From Phoronis australis (taxonomy: Eukaryota > Animalia > Phoronida): a stretch of 64,000 bases of DNA. The stretch covers positions 1,459,650-1,523,649 of the forward strand of contig NMRA01000020.1 in NCBI GenBank assembly GCA_002633005.1, given 5' to 3'. Positions 1-13,566 of this stretch are shown here, piece after piece. The position numbers and the translations under genes were made by a program. The notes below the pieces were generated by a model. That model ran no database searches. It saw only the letters and a program-made list of their open reading frames with translations, and was not told the DNA's origin. Every line of letters begins with the position of its first letter. Within the stretch, counting starts at the first letter, position 1.

Positions 1-851
1 TGTCAGAGTGTGAAACATGTCTAATACGTTTATGTACTTCCCAGTAAGTTTTGGTGCATAGTGTTAAAATCATTGGGATTGAGTGAGAACTGTGTTGGTG
101 TGAAAGGCACCTTACAGTTAATGCACTGGTCCATGGATAAGATTTGATTTTTTCTTTTTTGAACTGTGATATTGTGTCTTATTGAGACCTATGAAAGGGT
201 GGTCAATTGTTCATTGAATTTGGCAGTATTTTAACAAATTTTGTTCATGTGATCACATTACTCATTATATTAATCAAATTGCATGTCACCAATTTGTGTG
301 AAGTAGTAAAAATATCATGGCATTCAAGTGAACGACCAGTCTCATTTACTGCTAAAGTCATGGGAATCAATGATCTGCCAATTGTCATTTGGTCATAGTT
401 TGGATCAGTTATTTGTATCTTTCAGTAATTCTCATTTTGTGCTCATAGTGATTTTTGCCTAAAATGGGAGACTTTCAAACATCAGCGTGGCGACTGATCA
501 CACGGGACCGGATACCAGTGACCTCTAGAGGATGAGAAGGCACTTTGTAACTTGTTTAACCCTCAAAGTGACTCCTGGTGTAGTCATGTGGCGATATGAG
601 TCACCGGTCCCACCGGTCTCCCATTGGCATGTAGTATGGCATTCATCTCCAATTGAGAATCTGAGCTTGATTGCTTAACTGAAATGCTGTGTTGTGCCAG
701 GTAGACGAAAGCTAGTATGATCCCGTATTTCGCTTGTAATGCGTGGCGATATCTCGCGAAACCTTGGCTTAAACTTGCATTTTCGTGAGGCTCTGGCGTC
801 TACAGATTGCAGGCCAGATTGAGTCCAATATGTCTGACATGCTGTTGACAG

Positions 852-3800
852 GTTTGGCTTATGATAACCTAATGCTGAAGCACCAGTGTACTTGTGGGAA
901 CAACTCCAGTCATCCAGAGCATGCTGGCAGATTACAGAGTGTCTGGGCCCGCCTGCAGGAGACAGGATTGACCAATAAGTGTGAGGTAGGTTATGTGCTA
1001 CAATTATATCAACGACGGCAATTTTTTATGGAAGAAATGTGGCCCAGTTGTAGCATGTCTATAGTTTCGTGAACAGGCCAAAAGTTTCTGCCAAGATGGT
1101 GCTAAGTAGCAATGGAATTTTGGGTCTACTAGTGTGAAGTACGCCCCTGTGAGCTTTACATTTTGGATTGGGACTGAATCGTGTGAAAATTAACACTTAT
1201 GAAAGTATTGGCTCGACTGACAATTAGTGCTAATTTTAGTAGTGTAACATTGAATAGGACGTGAACTGTAAGAATTTACAAGATTCTCCCCGATACTTGT
1301 TTCCATTGTTATGGTTTGTGCCACTGGCAGCGTTTGTAACCATTATGTTTGGTGTAAACATCTTGGCCATGTATGCGCATATGATCTGATGGTATTAAGG
1401 AAGTTAGCTGGTGTCTCATGTTAGTTTGTAGTCCTTTACTCACAATAATTTGGTTAAAACCTTACATGAGATTTCGATAGCAAGTTTGCCACCTTGTCAT
1501 TCTGTGTTGTGAGTTGGGCACAAGGTGGCACTTGCGAACAACTGGTGTTTGTGAAGTCCACGCCCTGCATGTGATCTAAGGAAGTGATGGTAATACCTTG
1601 GAAGATGATAACGGCCTCACAATAGGCTACAGAGAATGTTTGTTCGTGAAATCTGTGACCTCGTTACATGTCAGACATGCCCTTGTTTACTTTACAGAAA
1701 GTCAAAGTGCGCAAGGCGACTATAGAGGAAATAAAAAGTGTTCACAGCGAATCGTATTCATTACTATATGGAACTAGCTCGCAGAATCGACAAAAGTTGG
1801 ATCCCCAAATATTTGGTAAGCTTGTGTCACATCTCCTAGACAGTTGTATACCTCGCATCACCATTCATGCTCCCTTGTTCACAGTCCTAGTCCATGTGCC
1901 GATACTTTGATTGACTCACAGCAGGTGACTCGACTATTGTCTATAATCGTGTTGATTAGCAATGTTACACGAAGTCAAATGGGCGTTGCCCAACAAAAAT
2001 TGATTTCAGTTGGGAAGTTTCCTTTGAATTAGACATCACACTCTGAACTTGCAGGAGTTTTAAAACATGTTCAGTTGGGCTCTAGTTTAGTGAGAGTTAA
2101 TTTGTTACGCAAAGTTAAATTTAACCAGTTGCAAAACATTCTCTATGGAGGTGCATATTTTATGAACTTTAATTTATCATATCGGAATATTTTGTGTCCA
2201 TTTTCTGCTCCATTTGGATCACTGTTTTGTAGTTCTTCAACGATCTTTGCATATTTTATATGGCATTTACATATGGGTTGTTCACGAAGTTAAGCATTTA
2301 GTTCTTCTCTCTGCCTGTAGAGGATGCCAAGTTCTGCATGCTGCCGTGTGGTGGAGTGGGTGTTGATTCCGACACTGTTTGGAATGACCTGCACACATCA
2401 CACGCGGCTCGTATGGCTACAGGGTGCGTTATTGAGCTAGCTTCAAAGGTGGCGCTGGGTGAACTAAAGAACGGATTCGCAGTTGTTCGACCACCAGGGC
2501 ATCATGCTGAGCCGGATCAAGCAATGTGAGTTTGCGAAAGTTGTTTTATCTTGCATTTATGAAGCAGTCTAACAACATGATCCATGTGTGGTATCTAAAT
2601 TTTGTGAAGTTGACCACCAAAATTTCAACTGAAGTTGTCCATGGGTTTTTATGTTTAAAACCGGAGATATCTGTTTTGTTTTTTGTAGATGGAAAAAATT
2701 ACACTTTTGTTGCATTTGATTGCAGGGGGTTCTGTTATTTCAACTCGGTGGCAATTACAGCCAAGATATTGACGACAAAACTTAAGATCAAGAAGGTACT
2801 TGTAGTGGACTGGGTAAGTGTCGAGCTTGTTGCAACCTTACTTTGTTCTTTATTGTTGAAAGTGAAACTGGGCTCACAACTAATGTAGCTATTTTGTTGG
2901 GACATGAATGTATTTCGATGGCAGGTTTTACTGTTTTGTTTTTGTGTTAGGAGCAGAAATAGTTTTCTGTGAATGTATTTTAGGTTAATTGTTAAAGGGG
3001 GTATTTCTGTCATTTTAAACTGTCTCAGATTTGTTTTATCCTTAGTTGAAGTTGCAATATTTCACTTTTGGTAGCGTCGGCAGTCTCTCAACAAACATAA
3101 GAGAATTAACTGACAAATTGCTTGGAATGTCTAGCTTCTTTGTTTAGTGAAACCCCCTTCTAAGCAAAGCAATTACCTATTCTGTTAAAAAAATATTTTC
3201 AGGATGTTCATCATGGAAATGGAACACAGCAAATGTTGTATAAAGATGCTGACATCATGTACATGTCTATACATCGTCATGACAACGGCAACTTCTTTCC
3301 TGGCACAGGTAATCTAGTGATACTTTCCTAATGGTAATATAGTGGTATTATAACCCCTCCCTGCACTGGAAAAAGCAGGGCTGTGAAATCCCATGAAAGT
3401 GGTGATTGGTTAGTTACAGATTTAGATATTGTGTAGAAGCCATTGTTAGTGAAGTGGGCAAGCATTAGTCTTTACCATTTTTTCAAACTCTATTTTCAAA
3501 ACTTATGGAAATAGTCTGATCTCTAAATGGAATTGTGAAATAATCAAGTTGTTAATTTTTGCAAATCTTAAAGGAGAATGCCACCCAAAAAACAACCTAT
3601 TTTGTATCAACTTAGATCGAGTAGTTCTTCTCGATAACGGCACGTTCGATTGAGTTACCTGACACCTGACGGCAGACAGAGGTGTTGAAATTATCCAATG
3701 ACGTCATTGGTTTCACACGCAGTCTGTTCAGCAGTTCACAGCACGGGTTACTGGTGTCAGCTTATCGCTTGAATTCATCGTGAAATACCAATAAATCATC

Positions 3801-6800
3801 AAACTTCAATGTAAAACGCTTAAAAATACACAGAGTTCTTATAAAAACGTATTGTTTTATTTCGCTGTTATGGATTTATTGGTATTTGGGCACACCGTAG
3901 CCTACAAAGTTCGGCAGGCCAATTTACCAAGGTCCGTAGCAGGAGTTTGGGGTCTGTTCGGAGATAAATTCCAAGTATTGTATTCTTCCATGAAATAAAG
4001 ACAGGAGAACCTAGATCTGTCTTGTTTAGACTTGTGATTTTTTGAGTTATCCCGGCCAGTGGCTTGGAACCCGATCAGGCCCGTCATGACCGGACTGACT
4101 AGTTATACAGGCCAATGGCGTGAAGCCGATCAGGCAGGTTGCGGCTGCCAGGACTGGCATGAACGTAAACCAGTTTGAGTTGGAAACTAAACCTCCAGTC
4201 GCGAAAAGACTATAATAGTGAGCCAAAGAAATTATGCGCACGTAATTATTTATGTGAATTAGCCAAGAAACTGAAAATCTACTTACTTGTCGGGTGCCAC
4301 GAAGTCGGGTTCCCCTTCTACAGGCCGTCAGGGCAAAGGTTGTGCAGTAACAATGATTTGAATGAATTGTATTTGTATTTCTAACATGTGACCATAGCAC
4401 ATAAAATTGAGTATTTGTTTCACAACAGCTTTCTGTCAGCAAACACTGAATTAGCATGGGCTCACACGGCCTTGGTGTCCTTTATTGCCGGCATCAAAAG
4501 CCGTTAATGCAGTGGTTTATTCAATGCTGGCTTCTCAAAACATTTGCACTCACGAATACTGCAAAGGCATTACAAATTGTATCTAATGAGACAGACACTG
4601 TTTCAGTTTGATGTAAGCATTGGTTAAGATGAGAATAATTCATTTTGAAACAGAACACAGAATAATAAACGTCTTCGTGACAATTTGCCTTTCGCCAATC
4701 CCAACAAAGAGCTCATCCGACGAAGACTTCACGGGTCGGATCGTTAGGTTTCACAGGCTATCGGAACCGGAATACACTGATCAAGAAATACTAGAGAGGC
4801 GCCGTGAACATGCACAGGCAACGGAACGTATGGATAGTTCTTTGGTAAGCCGGAATTCATCACAGAAATCACTGTCAACGAAATGCCGGCCACAGACACA
4901 GAGATGTTGGCGGCCTCATACTTGCTATTAACAGCGAACCTTTCATTCTACACTACCGCGAGCCACTTCCTAAGCATTTCAGGCTCTCGAGGAAGCCGAA
5001 AAAACGATATACCCGCTTTCTTCGCAGCTTCATAGTTCGGACAAGTGGTAACGATGCACTGCAATATAGCGGCATTCACTCTGCAGACGAACCACGGACG
5101 TCGCTGCGTCGTTTTTCATCTTCCTCACAGGTTAATGCGACACCTCTCGGCAAGGTGAGGTCGACCGTATAAGAGGCGATGTTGATATAGACCGATTGAG
5201 ACTGTAAAAAGACTTAATTAAATTGGGTGGCATTTTCCTTTAATAGCTTTTGTCATAACATCCTGGTCTCTTGGAAGGAAATGATTAATTGCTTACATAA
5301 GGACCTTGTAGTTGTAAATCTAAAAAACGGATTGAAACAAAAACATGTTGATTAATGGGAGGGCTGTATTCATTGTGGTTTCTATGAGGCAGGCATTGTT
5401 TTTTGAGGGCCTTTTGGATTTGCAAATAAATCATTTTCAGCAGTGCTAAAAGAAAAAAGATTTCATCTTGATTAATTTTTGCTGACTTGAGAGGGCAAAA
5501 TATTGAGCAGTGTTTAATTAGTAACTTTGCACACTTGTAAATGGTTCCAAACATTTTTACATAAATTAGATTAGTTTCCAGTGGAGGAATGCATGCCTTT
5601 TCATCGTAATTAGACAGTTGTAGATTTTAGTATACATAAAAAATGTGACAAGCCATAGACTGTTTCACCTATGTTGTAATTGTTGTGTGCTCAGGAGCAC
5701 CACAGGAATGCGGTTTAGAAGAGGGAGAGGGTTTCAACGTGAACGTGGCATTCGCTGGAAACTTGGAGCCACCTATGGGCGATGCTGAGTATCTGGCTGC
5801 ATTCAGGTTAGTGAGTGGGTGACGTTATAGCTTTTGAACAAAGGTCTAGCAGTGTTACTGAGTGCTGAATGTATTATAAGCACAGTTGATAAAGTAACAA
5901 GGTTTTGCACTGGCTGCACACTCGCATTTTCCATACGGCAATCTTAACTGTTTGAAGGTTGAAGATTTAAACGATGGTTGTTCTCATACACAACATTGTT
6001 ACGCCTCTATTGTCAGCCAAAAGACTAGATAGGTCGTGATACTTAACCTTGATTTGGAATTACGCAGAAACCTTTATCATGCTGTACTATCCTCAGTGAA
6101 TCAGTTGCAATAGCCCTTAACATTATATTTGATTCTTTCGTCTTTTGCAATAGCCCTTTACATTATATTTGGTTCCTTCTTGCCTTCTAGAACCATCGTG
6201 ATGCCGATCGCACAGGATTACAACCCTGACATCATCCTGGTTTCGGCAGGCTTCGATGCTGCTGCAGGTCACCCTGCTCCATTAGGAGGTTACATGGTGT
6301 CTCCTGCGTGTGAGTAGACCAGTAAACACGTGTCTTCTAAAAGTTTGCACTTTAGGACAGTAGAAATGCTGTACGCATCCTGGGCCAAGATTTCTCATGC
6401 CTGATAACCCATTGCCATCAATGTCAAGTTATACTTAGCATTTTACTGTTTCTTCCAACCTGTTATGAGTCAGAAGAGCTGTGCACTAAGCAACTGTGAC
6501 TCAGACAAGAATTGAACTGACCAATCACAAGTCAGCTCTGTACTGACCAATCGTTTCTGCAGAGCTCCTTACTAGCTAATCATGGGTCTGAAGAGCTCAG
6601 GGTCGACCAATCAAGAGACTGAGGAATTCAAAGGTTGTGTTAATCTGCAAGAAGTGCGAGTAAGAGGTTTATCAAATTCAGGATGGCCGCGTGTCAACTT
6701 CAACATTGACTTACAACATGTGTAATCAGAAAAATTTCTAACCAATATTGAGGAAATGAGTGATTTGAAGAAAAGCTGGACGATGGTTACTTCACTGGAG

Positions 6801-8829
6801 AGAACAACTGTGTTTTAAAAACTATATTTTTTCCAAAAATTATTCTATTGACTTCACTTTTCAATCACCAGACCATTTCATACATGGTGTTGATAACATT
6901 TTTTTTAAGTTTATTAATTTTGGAAAATCAATCTTTAAATAATTAGTCCAAGATAGTGAGGATGAAGGATCAAAGTGTGAAATGTTATGTCATGTAATAA
7001 GGCTTTATGCTAACTTGGTTGAGAAGACTTTGTAAACAACTTTAACTTGTCGAAGCTTTATGAAGCTGAGGCAAGACCATGCATCAGTAAATTCATTGTT
7101 CATGGAGACAAATACTTGACATCGCTCGGTCTTTCTTCTCAGAAGTTGTTTAAAAATTGTACAAATTTGGATGCTAGCATACTAGTCTGCATGTAACAAT
7201 TAGGAAGCTGGTCAGACATTTAAGATAGAAAAAAATAAATAAATAATTTGTCAATGAAAAACTACTATCTGATGTCATTTGAATTCACAGTGGACACCTC
7301 ACTTCTTTGGTTACAATGTAGGATTTTACTTTGAGTATTGGCAACAAATTCATTTCTTTGTAAAATATAGATTTGTATCCGACCAGATCTTAAATCCTGG
7401 TATGCCTGTGTACTCACCAAGCGTGAGTTTGGAAGTTTTCTGTGTGACAAATAGAAGCAGAATGGGTACCATTCAAACATCTTTTTTATTCTCATCAGGC
7501 TTTGGTTACATGACCAAGCAGTTGATGACACTGGCTGAAGGACGGGTTGTCCTGGCCCTTGAAGGGGGCTACGACCTACCCTCTATCTGCGACTCATCTG
7601 AGGTATGTGTACAGGCATTGCTTGGCGACGAGGTCCCTTCTGTTCGATCAGATCAACTGAGCAAGGCACCTAATGAAGCTTGTGTCGATGTTCTACGTGA
7701 AGCAATCAAAATACAATGTAAGTAAATATCTAAGTTAAATAAAAGTTCTGGGGTTTAGAGATTTTCTGGTGGGCTAAGACTTCATATTACTTGTCCACCA
7801 ATTTCAAAAACTGTTTATGCAGTGACAGGTTTCATAGAAACAAACTATTGCAGCACACTGGTATTCGATCTCTTTTCTGACCAACAAAGACACACATTTT
7901 TATCTTTCGGCGCAACAAGTGCTTACACAAATCTTTATTCATCATTGTTAATCCTGCTGAAGAGTAGACTCTTTCGTTTGCGGTAATGTCTAGAATATTT
8001 GGAGCACAATGTAATGGACGAGTGATTTTTTGCTTTTACCACAAAACATAAGTGGCACCACTAAATACTTCATTATTTATAAGGTTTATAACTAATCCAC
8101 CTTCAAACGTTGTGAGAAGTTGTAGGCGTTCATAATTATTTTAGAAGCATCTCAAAAATGGAAAGAGATCAATTTTGGGAATTATTTTGTTTGAAGGTGT
8201 GGTAAGATTTTGCCAGATTTGTTATGTCCGTCTGAATGAAGGTTTGTTCCTTTAAACGTTTTGCGTCCTAGTGTTGCTGGTCCTTTATATAATGGTTTGT
8301 GGTTTGATTTATGTGTTGGTAAAGACATTTACACAGTTGTAGTGTTTTGAAAGGGAATTCGTAAGAATCGGCCCAGTTGTTCTGTGCGTCCCATTATATT
8401 CTAGTGTAGTAGAACTAGACACAGGATAATATTTTATCAGTCTAAATCTTCCACTGAGCCCTTTTCCATGGATTTCTGCCTCTTCAGGTCGTTACTGGCC
8501 CTGTGTGGAGAAGTATGCCGCCACGGTGGGACAGTCTCACTCTCAGGCCATGAGCAGGGATCAAATTGAGGTTGACACAGTTACTGCCATGGCCTCGTTG
8601 TCCATGAACAAGAAAAGGTATCAGATTTTCAAGTCTTGTTTAACATTGAGCTACTGAATTTATTAGTGACGTTCATTATCAAACTTTTTACATGTAGCGA
8701 AATTCATTACTATTTTTTGTACTTACAGACAGGATGTCTGCTAATCTCTAAGTACTTTAAATGCTTTTGTTTGTTAGGAACCTCTGCAGCATGTCGTCAT
8801 CCGAGTCAGAACCCATGGAGGAGTCATGA
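852..8829 (+). CDS. HDAC4: Class IIa histone deacetylase (HDAC4/5/7/9 family): catalytic domain and C-terminus, 5'-partial, 10 exons
   Basis: GT-AG exons with consistent phases: 852-985, 1698-1815, 2321-2525, 2726-2813, 3203-3308, 5695-5806, 6191-6309, 7499-7717, 8488-8617, 8778-8829 (TGA 8827-8829). Motifs: [30 protein letters not shown] (class IIa zinc site), [69 protein letters not shown] (NES region) and terminal EPMEES. Confidence 0.96.
3572..5239. mobile_element. Non-autonomous Kolobok-like (T2-type) DNA transposon in an HDAC intron, 1668 bp
   Basis: TTAA (3568-3571) | AGGAGAATGCCACCCAA ... TTGGGTGGCATTTTCCT | TTAA (5240-5243): 17-bp TIR with one mismatch, TTAA TSD and AGG termini. The interior is CpG-richer than the flanks and has decayed coding-like segments. 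Confidence 0.85.
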
Positions 8830-11800
8830 AGCGAGAACTGAGCGTGTAAGGAGACTGTGGGGGTGCTCAGCTGAATGTGCCAAGGGTCTTTGTGATGGTG
8901 TCAACAATTTGTCTCTGGGAAGAGTGGACCATACTTTGCAAAGTGTCACTGATCTCATTTTAGAGCATGAGCGTGGCGGAACAAGATCAAGAGAGGTCAT
9001 GAACCTTTAATGTGGGTGTGGGTCATAAGGAGGCCATGGTTGGTTTGCGGAGGTTTTCTGTTATGAAGCAACTTACGGAAAGCTAGTAGTATGCCACTCA
9101 ACAGGTCTCATACACCGCGTGTATGTATGTGTGGTCCTTTGGGCATGCGTAACTATGTACAGAAAAGACGGGTACAGCTGTTGTCAAGAGATATTCCAAT
9201 TTGATCACAGTTTAATGGAAATTGTGATCTTAGCGTAACCGTTATTGACACAAGTGGTTGACTGCAATTTGTTCATTGCTGTGAGACTTTGTCAAAATGA
9301 ACAAATATTTTTTTTATTTTTTTTTACGTAACAACTGGGGCCCTCTCGAGGTGCGAAGGAAAACCTGGTCCTGTTGGAGCGTACATGTGGTTGAATCCTG
9401 TGGAATTGCACTGTTTTGTGACACTATTTCGACTGGCCCAATAAGATATACTGGAGTACAAAGACTATCCATTTTGAAATAGGCTCCCTTCTGTGCCAAA
9501 TGGGTTATTGATAAATGGGTGAAAACTGGTAAGGAAAAACGCGAAAGACCCACTGTTGATTTAGAGTCAAGTGAAATATGTCTTGTACAGTCTTAATTAT
9601 GTTCTAAAAAGGTGTTGATGTAAATACAACTGTCTGTGTCACAAGGCTATGAGTGGTATCACTGATCGTCTTGTTGAATAGCGATGTGTTGCCAAAAAGG
9701 GTTTGGCTGAGATTACTGCCATACTTTGTTGTTGTTACAAGAAAGCAATTTCCTGAGTCGGTGCTGGTTCACTCGAGGAGAATGGAAAATATTAATATAC
9801 TTTACTGTAGGATGTTTCATGCAGTTGAGCCACAGTTCACGCCAAAAATAATCGTACAAAGTGACCCAGAATTCCCTGTCATGATAGCCGAGTGCAAGCG
9901 TAATTCACCATCAGACTGGTTGGAATTACGGGGAAATTTTATTTCATCTGATTACTGTGGCGTGTACATTAATCGCAGTTCTCGCTGATTTTTCGTAACG
10001 GTATTCAAATGACAAAAAATCCTTAATTTTGGATTCTAAATTTTTCATCTTAAACATAAGTATTTCTTATTTTGATGAGAACGTAATCATAATAATTTTA
10101 ATGTAAATTTAAGCCTTCTTGAATAAAGAAAATGCTTTTTGTAAAGAAAGAAAAATGTTCTCATAAATCAAATTCACTTATTTGGCGAGTTTGATTGTAT
10201 CCAATTCAAGGAGTTGTCCTGATTTAAGGAATTTGTGTTATCTGTCACACTGTTCAAATGTGAGGACTGCTAAAGAATTTTGTGCTTCAGTGGCTGGTGG
10301 TTTAGTGTGATTGACAATCGGGGACTCGGAATCCATTGGGTGGCGCTAGTGAGGCAAGGGTGCTACATGTATAAATGCATGAATTTAGGTAGCCAGGTGG
10401 AACCTTTGACCTGCAGATGCTCCTTTGCTATTGACCTACTTTCTGCTCTCAATTTATTCAGATGTTGAAAAGAGGGGCCGTTATTCGTTAGCACAACCCA
10501 GTAATATGAAGTTGACCGTTGTCCTGTTGGCAATTGAAAATGAAAAGATTTGTTTTTGTTGCAGTCTTTCATCTAGATATCAGTGAAGGTATTGTTTTAC
10601 AAGAAAGTTGGTGAGCTGAAATATTGTCGAGTATTACTTATTGTATCCACTTTGTGCACAGAAACAAGCTAGAAGTTGTCTTTTTAGGAACAAGAGAGAG
10701 TGCATTTTGAAGTAATAATTTGTGTTGTTTTGATAACTGTTGTAGCTAATATTTCTGGCTGGTATGTCTTGACAGTAACGTTGTCTTTTTGAGAATCTTG
10801 TTGACGCCATGTTTGTTTCAGTTGGTCTCCTCTATTTTTGCTGAGCAGTTCTTTTCTGACCAAGTAAAGGAATTCTGTCATTATTTGATGGCGTTTGTGT
10901 ATGATTTGACAAGAAGGAAATATGCTGTTTTTTGAGGAACAAAAAGTTGCAAAACTTGATGGCAAATGCTCTTGTATGTTGTTGTTCATAGGCGGTGTGT
11001 TGGACGAGGCTCTATGGTTAGATAACACACCCTTGTATATTAATAATTGTTGCCAAGAAATGCTTTATATTTTTAATAGTATTGTTGATCCCAGTTGCGG
11101 GAAGAGTATATTTTGATGAACTTGAGAGATTACATCTAGATTTCTATGTAACGATTGAGAAGTTTGAAAGTTGACGGAAGGTGTGCTGGAGTGTTTCATG
11201 TCGTGTTCAGGTTTTCTTGGAAATAACTTTGATTTTGAGGAAGTATTTTGAGAAACCTCTGAATGCTGGACAATTTTTTGGAAATTATGCGACTTGTTGA
11301 AGTGATCAATAGAAATCGTGATATTCAATGTACAAAGTTTGAACAAGCTTGTAGATTTTAGGAGCTGTGCGAAGCTCGGCATTTCTGCTGAATTGTACTT
11401 TTTACGATTGGTTCAAGATGTAATGTGCAAACTGGACACCTTGAATAGCAAGATGATGGTGAAATTTATTCCTCGTTTTCAAACCATGTTTTCCTCCCAA
11501 CATCATCTTTTAGTTTGTTTCAACAATTTATTTGGTCAGGGCATCTTAAAAGGTGGTCCAAGTTTGCAATAGAGATAAAGCTACCACGCACCCGACTTCT
11601 GCCAAAAGACTTACTTGATTCGTACCACTTCTATAAAATTGGTCTCTTAATTGTTCATTTCTCAGAAGTGACTTCTGGGCTTAGGGCAAACTGATAACGG
11701 TTTAGTGCTGCTGACCATGGTCACTGCATAAAATGACCCGTTGTGTCCATTTAACTTATCAAACCTGTTCTTCAGTACTAGTAAACTGATATTTCTTCCC

Positions 11801-13566
11801 GAACCCAGAAATCACAACTTCTGATCTGAGCCTGGAACAATTTGAGATGTGTGACAAGTGGTTAAAGTAAAAAAATGATTTTTTGACAGAAGTCGAAGGC
11901 GGCGTAACTTGATCTGATTTTAAGTATATTAATTAATAAGATGGCATAGACTATGAAACTACCTTTTTGTATTTTGAATATGTATTTTTGAAGAACTGTT
12001 GAATATGTGTGCCAGTTTCCAGTTGAATTGTGAAAGTTGAGGTAATATCAATATTTCACAGATGATGTTTTAAATTTAAATTGATATATTATTATTATGA
12101 TCCGTATCCATGAAATATTGACTATCAAAATTTTCCAATTTTAGATTGAACATAGAATTTTCAAAAATTAAATTAATATTCCAGGCGTCAGTATTCATTT
12201 TCAAAATGAAAATTGAACTGGAAACCCGCACACGGATCTTGTTGTCTTTTAAATGAAAATTAGTTTCACATGCCTTGCCAGTGTACCTGAACTGTTGCTA
12301 TTCAATGTGTCGAGACTGCATTTTTTGATTGGGTACTTCCCAGGTTTTGTGACTGGACGTTTCCCAGTATTGGCACCAGGCTATATGGTTACTTGAATGT
12401 TGTTTTGATTGTCACTGGTCTACGTCACAAAGAGAATACAGATCATTCAATGTCACACAGTCTTGATAAATTTTTCGCAATGTCGAGGGTCCTAAGAAAC
12501 GCAACCATGGATGTAGGATTTGACTTCAATTGCTTTGATTCTCATTTGGCAAAGGACAGTTTTAACTGTCTTAGTCATAAACATGTGAGCTCAGCTGTCT
12601 GCATCAAGTGAACAGCAAAGCAAAATGCTGACTGACCTGTGAACTAGGATGACCTTTCCAATAAACTGTAAATGTAGCACACAATTACAATGACCCAGCA
12701 AGAGATTTGTTTGAAGGCAATGCAATAATTAACTTTGATTGGCTAACAAAGGAAATCAGCTATGAAGCACATAACTCACCTCACCTGGATACTACAAGGA
12801 TATATGCATGCCAGGTGAGACATTCACTTCAATACCTTGCAAGACAAAATCCATGGTTCCTTTTTGCGGCATACATGGGCTATGAGCTGAGGTCATTTAC
12901 AATTGAGGCGCATAGCTCTCTGTCTGACGGAACTCGTGTAAGATTACAAAGACCAATTTCGACATCTTTTTGATGCCAACATAAAACTAAAGTTGGTTTT
13001 CTATGAAATTTATTAATATTTAGACATTTTCCCATCAAAAGGATCCGTAGCTTGCAAAATGATATTTGACTCGCAAAAAATTAAATTCATAATCATAAAT
13101 TAATATCACTCAGTTTATTCAAAACGACTTGAATTCGCTCGATTACTAACATCCCATGGTAAAGGGTGACTATGTCTAGAAGAGGCTACCTGCAAAAATT
13201 AGCAACAACCTTTGAAGGAATGCTAATTATTCACTCTCATTCGTTCAAACGTAATGACCTTTCATCGCCACCGAGTAGTTTTATTAATATTGATCTTTAT
13301 CTTTACAATTTCAATGGATTAGATATTGACGTTTTCATGTTTAATCTGTAATAAGACTAGTTGAGTGATAAAACTACATAATTGTTACCTGTATTTCATT
13401 ACATCCAGCCAGCAGAAATAACGAATAGTGCTAATGGCACACCTATGAAATTTTGACCCGGTATAGTCCAAATGTATGGAAACCAATCACTGTGGGTCAC
13501 TCGCAGTTTAAATAGCACTGTTTCCATGGCAACCACACAGGCATGCGAGGAGTTTGCGCAATAAGA

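Noticed and set aside
8636-9010. 124-aa ORF overlapping the HDAC end
   Set aside because: It spans intron and 3'UTR in a different frame from the conserved EPMEE terminus.
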